From assembly GCF_963921235.1 (NCBI RefSeq), contig NC_086107.1, forward strand, positions 106,084,001 to 106,148,000: 64,000 bases of DNA. Reading direction: 5' to 3'. The notes beneath the pieces are model-generated. The model ran no database searches. It worked only from the letters and a program-made list of their open reading frames with translations, and was not told where the DNA came from. Origin of the DNA: Mobula hypostoma (taxonomy: Eukaryota). How positions within the stretch are numbered: the first letter of the stretch is position 1; the number at the start of each line of letters is the position of its first letter. Both the position numbers and the translations under genes were made by a program. Of the stretch, positions 37,400 through 48,639 are shown piece after piece.

Positions 37400-38424
37400 C
37401 CCGACATGATCAGCATTAGCCTGCAGTAGCATTTCAGTTGTTGGATTCTGGTACTTCAGTGATCCAGATGTTCTCAGAAATCAGGAATGAGGCATAATTC
37501 CTCATAAACCTTATAAAATAATACAGCCATTTCACTATATGTTACAAGAAAGAAGAATGAATAGAACAAGCGAAGGGAAAATGAAAAAGATAAAGGAAAA
37601 ATTGCAAAGCTTCATTGTGATCTTGATTAGAACTGCCATTGTGCTAATGGCGATTAGACTTTGATTAATAGTACCCATATTCTCTTAAATATTTTATGAG
37701 TTCCTTAGTTTGCCTTAACAATGTTAACTATTTTATTATCGATGTTATTGAATAAAGGTCTGGACCGGATGTTTCTACAGGTCCCTCTTTATTGTTGGTT
37801 CTGACATGTAGAGCTCAGAATCAGATTTGTTATCACTGGCATTTCAGGTGAAACTTTCTGTTTTTGTAGCAGGTGTACAGAGCAAACTCAGAAAAATCTA
37901 TAAATTACGAAGTTAGATAAATAGTGCAAACTAAAAAGAACAAAAAGGTGGTGTTCATGGGTTCATGGACTGATCAGGAATTTGTAGAGGGGAAGTAGCT
38001 TTTCCTGAACCATTAAGTGGGGGTCTTCAGGCTCCTGTACTCCCCACTGATAGACAGCAGAGTTGTACAGCCCAGAAGTAGTCCCTTTGGCCCATCAGTT
38101 CTATACTGACCAAGATGCCCATCCGAGCCAATCTCGTCAGCTAGTGTTCCTACCTTCCTATCTGTGCATCTGCCCAATTGTCGTTTAGAAGTTCTCATTC
38201 AATCCTTTAAGCACGGAAGGAAACCGTTCAACCCATTAAGTCCAGGTTGGCTCCTTCCAGAATTACCTATGCAGTCTAATTACCCTGGATCTTTTCACAC
38301 AATTCTGCAAATTATTTTCCCCTTGTGTACCTAACCACTTCCCTTCAGAGTGTCTGGTTGACTGCTTTCCTCCACACTTATTGGCAACATGGTCCAGATC
38401 ACCACCAGTCTCTACATAATCAAG

Positions 38425-39062
38425 CAACACACATCAAAGTTGCTGGTGAACACAGCAGGCCAGGCAGCATCTCTAGGAAGAGGTACAGTTGACATTTCAG
38501 GCCGAGACCCTCGGCAGGACTAACTGAAAGAAGAGCTAGTAAGAGATTTGAAAGTGGGAGGGGGAGGGGGAGATCCAAAATGATAGGAGAGGACAGGAGG
38601 GGGAGAGATGGAGCCAAGAGCTGGACAGGTGATTGGCAAAAGGGATATGAGAGGATCAGGGGACAGGAGGCCCAGGGAGAAAGAAAGGGGGAGGGGGGGA
38701 ACCCAGAGGATGGGCAAGGGGTATAGTGAGAGGGACAGAGGGAGAAAAAGGAGAGAGAGAGAAAGAATGTGTGTATATAAATAAATAACGGATGGGGTAC
38801 GAGGGGGAGGTGGGCCATTAACAGAAGTTAGAGAAGTCAATGTTCATGCCATCCAGATGGAATATAAGGTGTTGTTCCTCCAACCTGAGTGTGGCTTCAT
38901 CTTTACAGTAGAGGAGGCCGAAGATAGACATATCAGAATGGGAATGGGATGTGGAATTAAAATGTGTGGCCACTGGAAAATCCTGCTTTCTCTGGCGGAC
39001 AGAGCGTAGGTGTTCAGCGAAACGATCTCCCAGTCTGCGTCGGGTCTCGCCAACATATAGAT
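38425..39062 (-). mobile_element. Penelope-like element 3' end (GIY-YIG part + terminal repeat)
   Basis: 14 bp TSD TCTACATAATCAAG at 38411-38424 and 39063-39076. Closely similar to 53352-54043. Confidence 0.9.
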
Positions 39063-41198
39063 TCTACATAATCAAGTTTTTCTTCTCCCCCTCCTCACCG
39101 CCCACCCCCCTCGTATCTTTCGTCCAACACTTGGGTAGGTTGAGAGTTAAATTTTGGTTGAGGATATCCCTGTGAAAGGCACTCATTACATTGCAGGTGC
39201 TCTTTGGAGGGAATATGCTATGTGTTCTTCTGGCGATAACAGGGTCGTATTCAGCTATATTGACAGCCACAAGCCAAAGACCTGTTAACTACACCTTAGG
39301 CTGCCACAATAGGATGCAACCACACAAATGTCCACCAGCACGACTGGAAGAAAATAACGGGAATTTGCAAAGGCATGGCACAAGTGCTCCTCCACACCTG
39401 TGTAGTCCTGACTCTCCAATCCACATGTCTCAGAGGTACCAAGAGTACCAAGTCACAAAACCTTCTCAAAGGTAGGATCAAAGAGGAACAAGGTAGTAAT
39501 GAGAAGAAGGCATGTCCAGGGTGGTCAGGAACATTAACTATGGATGCTGCCTTTTCGAGGTACTGCTTCTTCAAGATGTCCTTGGTGGTGGGGAGGGATG
39601 TGTCCATGATGGAGCTGGCTGTGTCTGCAACCCTCCGTAGAGACTCCATACCAGTCTGCCATGCAGCCAGTAACAATGCTCTCCACCAAACATCTATAGA
39701 AATTTGGAATGGTCTTTCATGACATATAAAATGTTCACAAACTCTTGATAAAGTACAGTCACTGGCGTGTCCTCATTATTTGCATCATAACCAGAATCGG
39801 GTTTAATATCAGTGGCACATGTCGTGAAATTTGTTGTTTTGAAGCAGCAGTACAATGCAATCTTTAATTATGAAAACTGTAAATTACAATAAATAATAAT
39901 GTGTTGGGCCCAGGATAAATCCTCTGAGATGTTTACACCCAGGACCTTTCCACCACTAACCCCTCGATGAAGACTGGCCAGTGTTGTACCAACTTCCCCT
40001 TCCTGGCAACCACAATCAATTCCTTGGCCTTGCTGACTTTGAGAGCAAGGTTGACGTTGCCACACAACTCGCTAACTCTTATAACGCTCGTCATCGGCAT
40101 CTGAGATTTGAGCTGCGGCTGGCCACAAACTAATGAGTGTAGACAGAGTCAAGCAGAGGGCTAAACATGCATCTTTGAGGTGCACCTATGCTGGTAGTCA
40201 TCAAGGAGATGTTATTACCAATTCACACTGAATGTGGTCTCCTGGTAAGAAAGTCAAAAATCCCAGTAGCGGATTCTTTCAGTATTCTGGTCCTATGTGC
40301 ATCTCCAAATTTCTTTGAGTTACCTGGGTCTTAAGTTCTCAAATTTCATCACCAAATTTATGTATTTATTTATTGGGAAAAGGCTTTTCCTACTCTTTGA
40401 GCCACTCTGTCCAACAATCCCCCTATTTTGTTCAAGCCTAATCACAGGACAATTTACAATGACCAATTAACGCCTTTGGACTATGGGAGGAAACCAGAGC
40501 ACCTGGAGGAAACCCACGCGGTCATGGGGAGAACGTACAAACTCCTTAAAGGCAGCAGCGGGAATTGAACTGGGGTTGCTGGTATTGTAAAGCATTGTGC
40601 TAACCACTAGGCTACCGCGCCACCCTTCACCTTTTAAAAGTTGTTCTTTAAAACTTGTCTTTTCCTAATTTTTATCTCATAAAGCTCCAGAGCAGAATTT
40701 TACTTCTTTGTGGGAGCTTCAAAGTGGTGAGTTGCTGCATGTAATTTCCTCCAGCCTTACTCATCTTGGGTATGGAAATGCTGGTGTGCATTGGACTGGA
40801 GTATATTGAACTGTACGTGTCAGAAGCACTTAGTGAGCTGCCCCGGATGATCTTCCCATCCTTCTCCCATTGATGGTCCACAACACTTCCATCCATACCA
40901 TCTGCACCAGCTCAAATGAGGCAACACCCCCATGCTCCTGTGCTCACACTCACAATGCTTTCCAGGCTGCCAGTGCACAGACTTTAATATCACTGCTTTC
41001 AAGTTGGGCAGATTTGATAGAGGTATATAAAATTATGAGGAGTATAGATAGGGTGAATGCAAGCAGGTTTCTTGTACTATTCCTCCATTCCCCACTCGAC
41101 CTTTTACCTTTTCTCACCTGCCTATTACTTCCTGCCCCCCCCCGTCCCCTTCTCCTCTCCCATCAGATTCCTTCTTCCTCAGCCTTTTACCTTATCAC

Positions 41199-41621
41199 AC
41201 TTCTCCGTGGATTGTCACCTTGTCGTGGTGGAGAAGCTTGTGTGGTCCTGCGATCCCGAGAGCAATGCTGTCTGGAGCTATGCTCCTGGTAGGATCACCC
41301 ATGGCGGTAAGGTCGAGGGTGAGGTCCCTGACAAAGAACAATCCAACCAAGACCTCAACGGTGGAACAGGCGGACAAGGTACTTCGAACTCAACGGCTGT
41401 GAAGGCGGATGAAGGCTGCAACAAATCCATCAGCTCCAATCGTCGTGGTTTCCATGCCATTGGAATCAGCTGGTTGATTTGTGAAGTATCTTGTACTTCT
41501 TGGAGTGCAACATCAAGTACACGTTAAACAAATACACGCACAGGCGTCTTCGCTCTGTGGGCCACTTCTTCAGAATGAAGACCATCATCCTCGACCTCGA
41601 GGGATAGCCACAACGACAATG
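41199..41621 (+). mobile_element. Non-autonomous bipartite RTE (Rex3/Expander-like 5' UTR) inserted in a Penelope repeat
   Basis: CACCTTGTCGTGGTGGAG...CCTGGTAGGATCACCCATGGC motif. TSD ACCTTATCAC/ACCTTGTCAC at 41189-41198 and 41622-41631. Confidence 0.75.
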
Positions 41622-42496
41622 ACCTTGTCACCTTCCAGCTGGCCTCCTTCCCCTTCCCCTCAACCTTTTTATTCTGGCACCTTCTCCCTTCCTTCTCAGT
41701 CCTGAGAAGGATTTCAGCCTGAAACATCGACTGTTTACTCTTTTCCATAGAAGCTGCCCGACCTGCTGAGTTCCTCCAGCATATTGTGTGCATTGCTTTG
41801 GATTTCCAGCATCTGCAGACGTTCTTGTATTTATATTTGACACTGAGGTTGGGTGAGATGAGAACTAGAGGTCGTGGATTAAGGAAGAAAGGCGAGATGT
41901 TTAAGGGGAACTGGAGGGGGAGAGAACTTCTTCACTCAGCAGGTGGTGTGAGCTGCAAGTGGAAGTGGTAGATATGGTTTCAATTGTAACATTTAAGGTG
42001 AAGTCTGGATGGAGGAGGTATGTAGGGCCAAGGATGGGTCAATGGAACTAGATAGAATAACAATTTAGCACGGAGTAGATGGGCTGAAGGGTCTATTTCT
42101 GGGTTCTGTGCTGTAGTGCTCTACGATTCTATGAGTCTCTTTATGGCTCTGCCTCTCTCCATTTCTATAACCTCCATTAACAGTTCTATTCTTTCATTCC
42201 ACCTGGACTTTCGGCTGAAGCCTAACTTTGTGAATCTTTCCACCTTGCTGCCTCTCTCCTATCCTTTAACCTCCTTAAAACCCATTGCATTGACCTAGAC
42301 TGCCTGAAGTACGTTAATAGTGGGAGAAAATTACACAATTGAGTTCTAGCAACGTGCCCTATAAGGTATCTCCTGTAACATGAGCGCCAGTGAATAACCT
42401 TACAGTATGGGTTGGCTTGGGTTGAATTAGCTGTATCTGCTCACCTTGGAAACAATCAGATTCAGACACCACCCACATTGCCCAACGTAACCAACG

Positions 42497-42714
42497 TGTT
42501 GTTGCTGTTCCTTTCTGTGTCTCATGCAGCATCGGGCAGCAACTTTGCCGTTTCTCTAAGATTTTTGTCTGGTTTTTTTTCTACGAGGCCGAGTTGCCAG
42601 CTCGACGCTCAACCCAGCACGGATGGAAAGCGTGCGAGGAGCCGGGCGGATTCGAACCCAGGACCGCTCGCCTCGGAGCCCGGTGCGGATGCTACTCCAC
42701 CGCCGGCTGGCACC
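42497..42714 (-). mobile_element. tRNA-derived SINE, family B, with an RTE-like middle and tail
   Basis: On the minus strand: tRNA-like head with B-box GGGTTCGAATCC, then GGGTTGAGCGTCGAGCTGGCAACTCGGCCTCGTAGAAAA (RTE 5' UTR-like), then a (CAA)n tail. Confidence 0.7.
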
Positions 42715-43243
42715 GCATGTAAATAAACACGGTCGATTCTGCAGGTGCTGGAGACCCAGAGCAACACACGTAAAGTGCTGGAGGAACTCAGCAGGTCAGG
42801 CAGCAACCTATGGATGTGAGAATAAAGAGCTGAAGCTTTGGGCAGAGACACCTCATCAGGACTGGAAAGGAAGGGCAAAAGAAGCCAGAATAAGCAGGTG
42901 GCGGGAGGGTCCTTTACTCCTTCCCCTCCCCCAACTACCTTATCTGGCTTCTCCATCCTTCCTTTTCATTACATGTACAATCCTGCTCGCCGATATTATT
43001 TGACAGCATTTCTACATTCCAGGACTTTAACATTGAGAAGCTGTGATCCATCTGACGTGCAAATATAAAGTACAATTTTAATACTGCTCTTATGAATTCT
43101 CCAATATTTTTTGCCAGTTTAAAGTAGCTATATATGTGGAAATAGCTTTCTATTTTTTATTTATTGAGATACAGTATGGACTAGGCTCTTCTGGCCCTTC
43201 GAGCTGCACCACCCAGCAATTCCTCGATTTAACCCTCGTCTAA

Positions 43244-45122
43244 GGCTACGTCCACACAAGACCAGATAATTTTGAAAACGCCGGTTTCACGTAAAAACGA
43301 TAGGCATCCACACCAGGCATTTTTGAAAATACCTCCGTCCACATTAAAACGAGTATTTGGGCGAATCTCCTCCTACTGGGCATGCGCAGGACACATCTAC
43401 AGAAGACAAGTGAAGAGGAAACGGTATACTATTTCCGTTTCCGCGGTACAGTTGTGCTATTTCCATTGGTCAAAAACTAGAGTACCTACAACAACAGCGA
43501 AAGGAAGTTTTCAACAATGTCTTCGAAGAATACAAAGAAAACCTCCGCTGGAAAAAGCAGACCGGACTTCTTCGTTTGGACAGACGATGAAGTCGAGCTG
43601 CTTCTGTGAGTTACAAACGACTACAAAGTCAGCAAAGCAGTGGAGAATATGCGACTGGGAGTCATGCCAAACCAAATATGACGACATCCTCGACCGCTAT
43701 AAATAACGCTATAAACTGATTCCTAAGCTCCAGAACCTGGGCCTTAGCACTCAGATCTGCAGCTGGATCTTCAACTTCCTCACAGACAGCACCCAGGCTG
43801 TAAAAATAGGGGACAAACTCTCCTCTACAATCACTCTGAGCACCGGTGCCCCACAAGGCTGTGTACTCAGCCCCCTGCTGTACTCACTGTACACCCATGA
43901 TTGTGTAGCAAAGTTTCCATGAAACTCAATATATATTTGCTGATGACACAACAATTGTAGGCCGTATCTCGGGTAATGATGAATTTGAGTACAGAGAGGA
44001 AATTAAGAACCTGGTGGCATGGTGCGAAGACAATAACCTATTCCTCAACGTCAGCAAGATGAAGGAATTGGTTGTTGACTTCAGAAGGAGTAGTGGACCA
44101 CACGACCCCATTTACATCGGTGGTGCGCAAGTGGAACAGGTCAAAAGCTTTAAGTTCCTCAGGGTCAATATCACAAATGACCTGACTTGGTCCAACCAAA
44201 CAGAGTTCACTGCCAAGAAGGCCCACCAGCGTCTTTACTTCCTGAAAGAACTAAAGAAATTTGGCCTGTTCCCTAAAACCCTCACTAATTTTTATAGATG
44301 CACCATAGAAAGCATTCTTCTGGGGTGCATCACAACCTGGTATGGAAGCTGTCCTGTCCAAGACCGAAAGAAGCTGCAGAAGATCGTGAACACAGCCCAG
44401 CACATCACACAAACCAATCTTCCGTCCTTGGACTCACTTTACACCGCACGCTGTCGGAGCAGTGCTGCCTGGATAATCAAGGACATGACCCAGCCAGCCA
44501 ACACAATTTTCGTCCCTCTTCCCTCCAGGAGAAGGCTCAGGAGCTTGAAGACTCGTATGGCCAGATTTGGGAACAGCTTCTTTCCAACTGTGATAAGACT
44601 GCTGAACGGATCCTGACCCGGATCTGGGCCGTACCCTCCAAATATCCGGACCTGCCTCTCGGTTTTTTTGCACTACCTTACTTTCCATTTTTCTATTTTC
44701 TATTTATGATTTATAATTTAAATTTTTAATATTTACTAATTTTTACTATTTTTAATACTTAATATTTGTAATCCAGGGAGTGGGAAGCGCAGAATCAAAT
44801 ATCGCTGGGATGATTGTACGCTTTAGTGTCAATTGTTTGGCGACAATAAAGTATAAAGTATTTGTGTTCAAGAAATCAATGAAATGCCGGGCTGCCGCCA
44901 CCACCTGTTCCGGCGCATCATGACAGCGTTTTTAAAAAGCTCCGGTTACCCCGTGCACACGCCACCGCCCAACGGGCGTTTTCAGATTTACACACTCTGG
45001 ACAGCGTTTTAGAAAATCTCTGTTTTCGAGGGAGGAAAACGCCATTTCAGTGTGGACGGAGGGTCAAAACGAAGAGAGAAAGCTTTGGTTATGGATTTAT
45101 CCAGTCTAGTGTGGACGTAGTG
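43244..45122 (+). mobile_element. Non-autonomous PIF/Harbinger element with a Myb/SANT-like remnant, interrupted by Rex1
   Basis: 26 bp imperfect TIRs at 43244-43269 and 45097-45122, TAA TSD. FFVWTDDEVELLL*VTNDYK / DWESCQTKYDDILDRY at ~43565-43703. Confidence 0.88.
43713..44860 (+). mobile_element. Rex1/Babar LINE, 5'-truncated, nested in the Harbinger element
   Basis: Motifs [34 protein letters not shown] and LPSRRRLRSL. Ends AATAAAGTATAAAGTA. Confidence 0.93.
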
Positions 45123-45134
45123 TAAATTCAGGAC

Positions 45135-45710
45135 AGTGAATACCTGGAGTATTGTGTGCAGTTTTGGTCCCCTAATCTGAGGAAAGACATCTTTGCCATA
45201 GAGGGAGTACAAAGAAGGTTCACCAGATTCATTCCTGGGATGGCAGGACTTTCATATGAAGAAAGACTGGATGAACTGGGCTTGTACTCGTTGGAATTTA
45301 GAAGATTGAGGGGGGATCTGATTGAAACGTATAAGATCCTAAAGGGATTGGACAGGCTAGATGCAGGAAGATTGTTCCCGATGTTGGGGAAGTCCAGAAC
45401 GAGGGGCCACAGTTTGAGGATAGAGGGGAAGCCTTTTAGGACCGAGATTAGGAAAAACTTCTTCACACAGAGAGTGGTGAATCTGTGAAATTCTCTGCCA
45501 CAGGAAACAGTTGAGGCCGGTTCATTGGCTATATTTAAGAGGGAGTTAGATATGGCCCTTGTGGCTACGGGGATCAGGGGGTATGGAGGGAAGGCTGGTG
45601 CAGGGTTCTGAGTTGGATGATCAGCCATGATCATAATAAATGGCGGTGCAGGCTCAAAGGGCCGAATGGCCTACTCCTGCACCTATTTTCTATGTTTCTA
45701 TGTTTCTATG
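45135..45710 (+). mobile_element. CR1 3' fragment
   Basis: QFWSPNLRKDIFAIEGVQRRFTRFIPG...FFTQRVV with a (TTTCTATG)n tail. Confidence 0.92.
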
Positions 45711-46674
45711 TTTACAATGACCAATTAACCTGCCAACCAGTACACCTTTGGACTGTGGGAGGAAACCAGAGCACCTGGAGGAAACCCTCGCGGTCACGGG
45801 GAGAACGTACAAACTCCTTACAGGCAGCGGTGGGAATTGAACCCTGGTCTCTGGCGCTCCAAAGCGTTGTGCTAACCACACACTACCTAGCCACTCCCTA
45901 TTGTTGGTGATCCATTGGATGGAACTTTTAACATCCCAATGTTCATATTGTGGTTTTCTCTATTTATTAGACCCAGTCCAAAACTTCAGGAGTCGTTTGA
46001 GGGCGCCACGGAAGCATAGTGGTTAGTTTAACACTACTACAGCACCAGCGACCCAAGTTCAACTCTACTGTTGTGCACGTTGTCCCCGTGATTACATGGG
46101 TCATCCCCAGGTGCTCCGGTTTCCTCCCACATGCCAAAGACATACAGGGTCAGCAGGTTAATCGGTCACATGGGCATAATTGGGCGGCTCAGGCTCGTTG
46201 CCAGAACGGCCTGCTATCATGCTGTATCTCTAAAATAAATTTAAAAGTTTTAATGTCTCCTGAATTTCTTGCAGAGATTCTGAATATTTCAGTAAAGAAA
46301 TGGTGACAATGGTGGACTGAAGGCCCTGGAATTGGTATCAGAGAATTATAGAGCTGGAGGAAGTTACAGAGACAAGGCCAAGAAAGGATTCAAACTCAGG
46401 ACGATCATTTTAAAATCTGCGCACTGACAGATGTACTGGTGTTGGTGAGTAGGCAGGGGAATAATCCATTCTCATATTTACTGCACCTTATAAGTTAGGA
46501 AGGTATGGACAGCATATTGCTGTGTCAGACACTGCCTCACAGTGCCAAAGAACCAGGTTCAATCCCGATCTCCACTGCTGTCCGTCTGGAGTTCACATGT
46601 TCTCTCAGTGACTGATCCCATCTGCTTCAGTTTCCTCCTCCATCCTAAATACTGTATAAACAAGTTTATAAGTT

Positions 46675-46980
46675 GGCGTGAGGCCAAGTGGTTAAGGCGT
46701 CGGTCTAGTGATTTGAAGGCTGCTAGTTCGAGCCTCAGCTGAGGCAGCGTGTGTGTCCTTGAGCAAGGCACTTAATCACACATTGCTCTGCGACGACACC
46801 GGTGCCAAGCTGTATGGGTCCTAATGCCCTTCCCTTGGACAACATCGGTGGTGTGGAGAGGAGAGACTTGCAGCATGGGCAACTGCTGGTCTTCCATACA
46901 ACCTTGCCCAGGCTTGTGTCCTGGAAACCTTCCAAGGCGCAAATTGATGGTCTCAGGAGACTAACAGATGCCTATATAAT
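46675..46980 (+). mobile_element. tRNA-head bipartite RTE SINE, family A, copy 3
   Basis: 13 bp TSD AAGTTTATAAGTT at 46662-46674 and 46981-46993. Confidence 0.9.
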
Positions 46981-47062
46981 AAGTTTATAAGTTAATTGAC
47001 AATTGTAAATAGACCCTAGTGCAGGGGTACTGAACCAATGGCATGTGTCTCCAAGTTGGTAC

Positions 47063-47560
47063 ACCATAAGACCATAAGATATAGGAGCAGAATTAGGCCA
47101 TTTGGCCCATTGTGTCTGCTCTGCCATTTCATCATGACTGATCCATTTTTCCTCTCAGCCCCAATCTCCTGCCTTCTCCCTGTATTCCTTCATTCCCTGA
47201 CCAATGAAGAATCTATCAATCTCTGCCTTAAGTATATGTAAAGACTCAGCCCTCACAGCTACCTGTGGCAACGAATTCCACTGATTCACCACTCTCTGGC
47301 TAAAGAAATTCCTCCTCATCTCTGTTCTAAAAGGACATCCCTCTATTCCGAGGCAGTGTCCTCTGGTCCAGGACTCTCCCACCACAGGAAACATCCTCTC
47401 TGCATCCACTCTGTCGAGGCCTTTCAACATTCAATAGGTTTCAATTAGATCCCCCCCCCATCCTTCTGAATTCTAGTGTGTAGAGTCACAAAGCCATCAA
47501 ATGCTCTTCATATGACAAGTCTTTCAATCCAGAAATAATTTTTGTGAATTTCCTTTGAGG
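47063..47560 (-). mobile_element. CR1 3' fragment; similar pieces at ~22130-22630 and 59660-60720
   Basis: MLKGLDRVDAERMFPVVGESWTRGH...NFFSQRVVNQWNSLP. Confidence 0.85.
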
Positions 47561-47815
47561 TTCACAAAAATTGTGTTGACACGTGACATGCAGGGTCGCC
47601 CCTCGATTCTTTAAACTTCGCTGTTAATAAATAGATACATCATGATTATTTCTATTGCCAAAGCAAGCAGCAAATGATTTTTTTTTACAACCGACAAGAG
47701 TGAGGTGTTTTCACAGGAAACATCTCACACCAGCTTGACATTTGTGAGATCACGCCATATTGGTTGATACATTTTGTAATCCTCACAGACCTGGTCTACA
47801 GATCAGTAAACAGTT

Positions 47816-48134
47816 TGTAATGAGAGAGCTATGGATGGCAGTGAACCCAAATGCAGAGTAAGGTCTGGAATACACTCAGACTCGGACGTAAACTAAACAA
47901 GACAAAATCCAGATCCAAAGATGAAATCACAAACAGTCGTGCTAGAAATGGAACTGCAACAATTGAGTAGTGAGTGCGCAGCACGAGACCTTTAAAAACA
48001 GGCTTTCACAAAGGAATGTGGCAGGCAATAATTGGCAGTCTGAGTCTGAAAGGGACAATGGCAGCTAACCATACGCCAGGGAATTTCAGTGCCAAAATTT
48101 GGATGCCCACCACTGTTCGGTCGGGAACATGACA
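47816..48134 (-). mobile_element. Solo LTR (319 bp, Gypsy-like)
   Basis: TGTCA...TTACA on the minus strand. Perfect 5 bp TSD CAGTT at 47811-47815 and 48135-48139. Confidence 0.85.
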
Positions 48135-48639
48135 CAGTTACAAAAGCAATGCCATTAGGAAATGATGTTATTTTTCAATTGTCTTTTTAAAAGATTAGTA
48201 TTAATATTTTTTTAATACTTCATTAATTTCAATCTACCTCTGTCATGCTTTCATTAATAGTAAAACAATAAATATACATAAATAAACAGCAGGGTTCATC
48301 CTTTTTCAATGGGGAAAAAGTCCATAATTATTGTTACTAATTCATTAATCAGTGCTAATCTCTCCTCAAAATTGCCATGGAACACAGAATCAGGTTTAAT
48401 ATCACGGGTATATGTTGTGAAATCTGTTGTCTTTGTGGCAGCAGTACATAATAATAGGAAAAAAAGGGAATTACAGTAAATATATATATATAATAGTTAA
48501 ATTAAATAAGTAGCACAAAAATAAAAATTGAAAAAGTAATGAGGTAGTGTTCACGGGTTCAATGTCTGTTCAGATATTGGGTGGCAGAGGGGAAGAAGCT
48601 GTTCCTGAGTTGAGTGTGTGCCTTCAGAGTTCTGATTGA

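Noticed and set aside
40672..41002. Short ORFs in an apparently unique stretch as exons
   Set aside because: No recognisable protein motif and no convincing splice-site pair.
42640..42714. Functional tRNA gene (also the heads at 36530, 46675 and 55598)
   Set aside because: The tRNA-like sequence continues into a SINE body and tail, the cloverleaf is imperfect, and the family A heads are multi-copy with TSDs.
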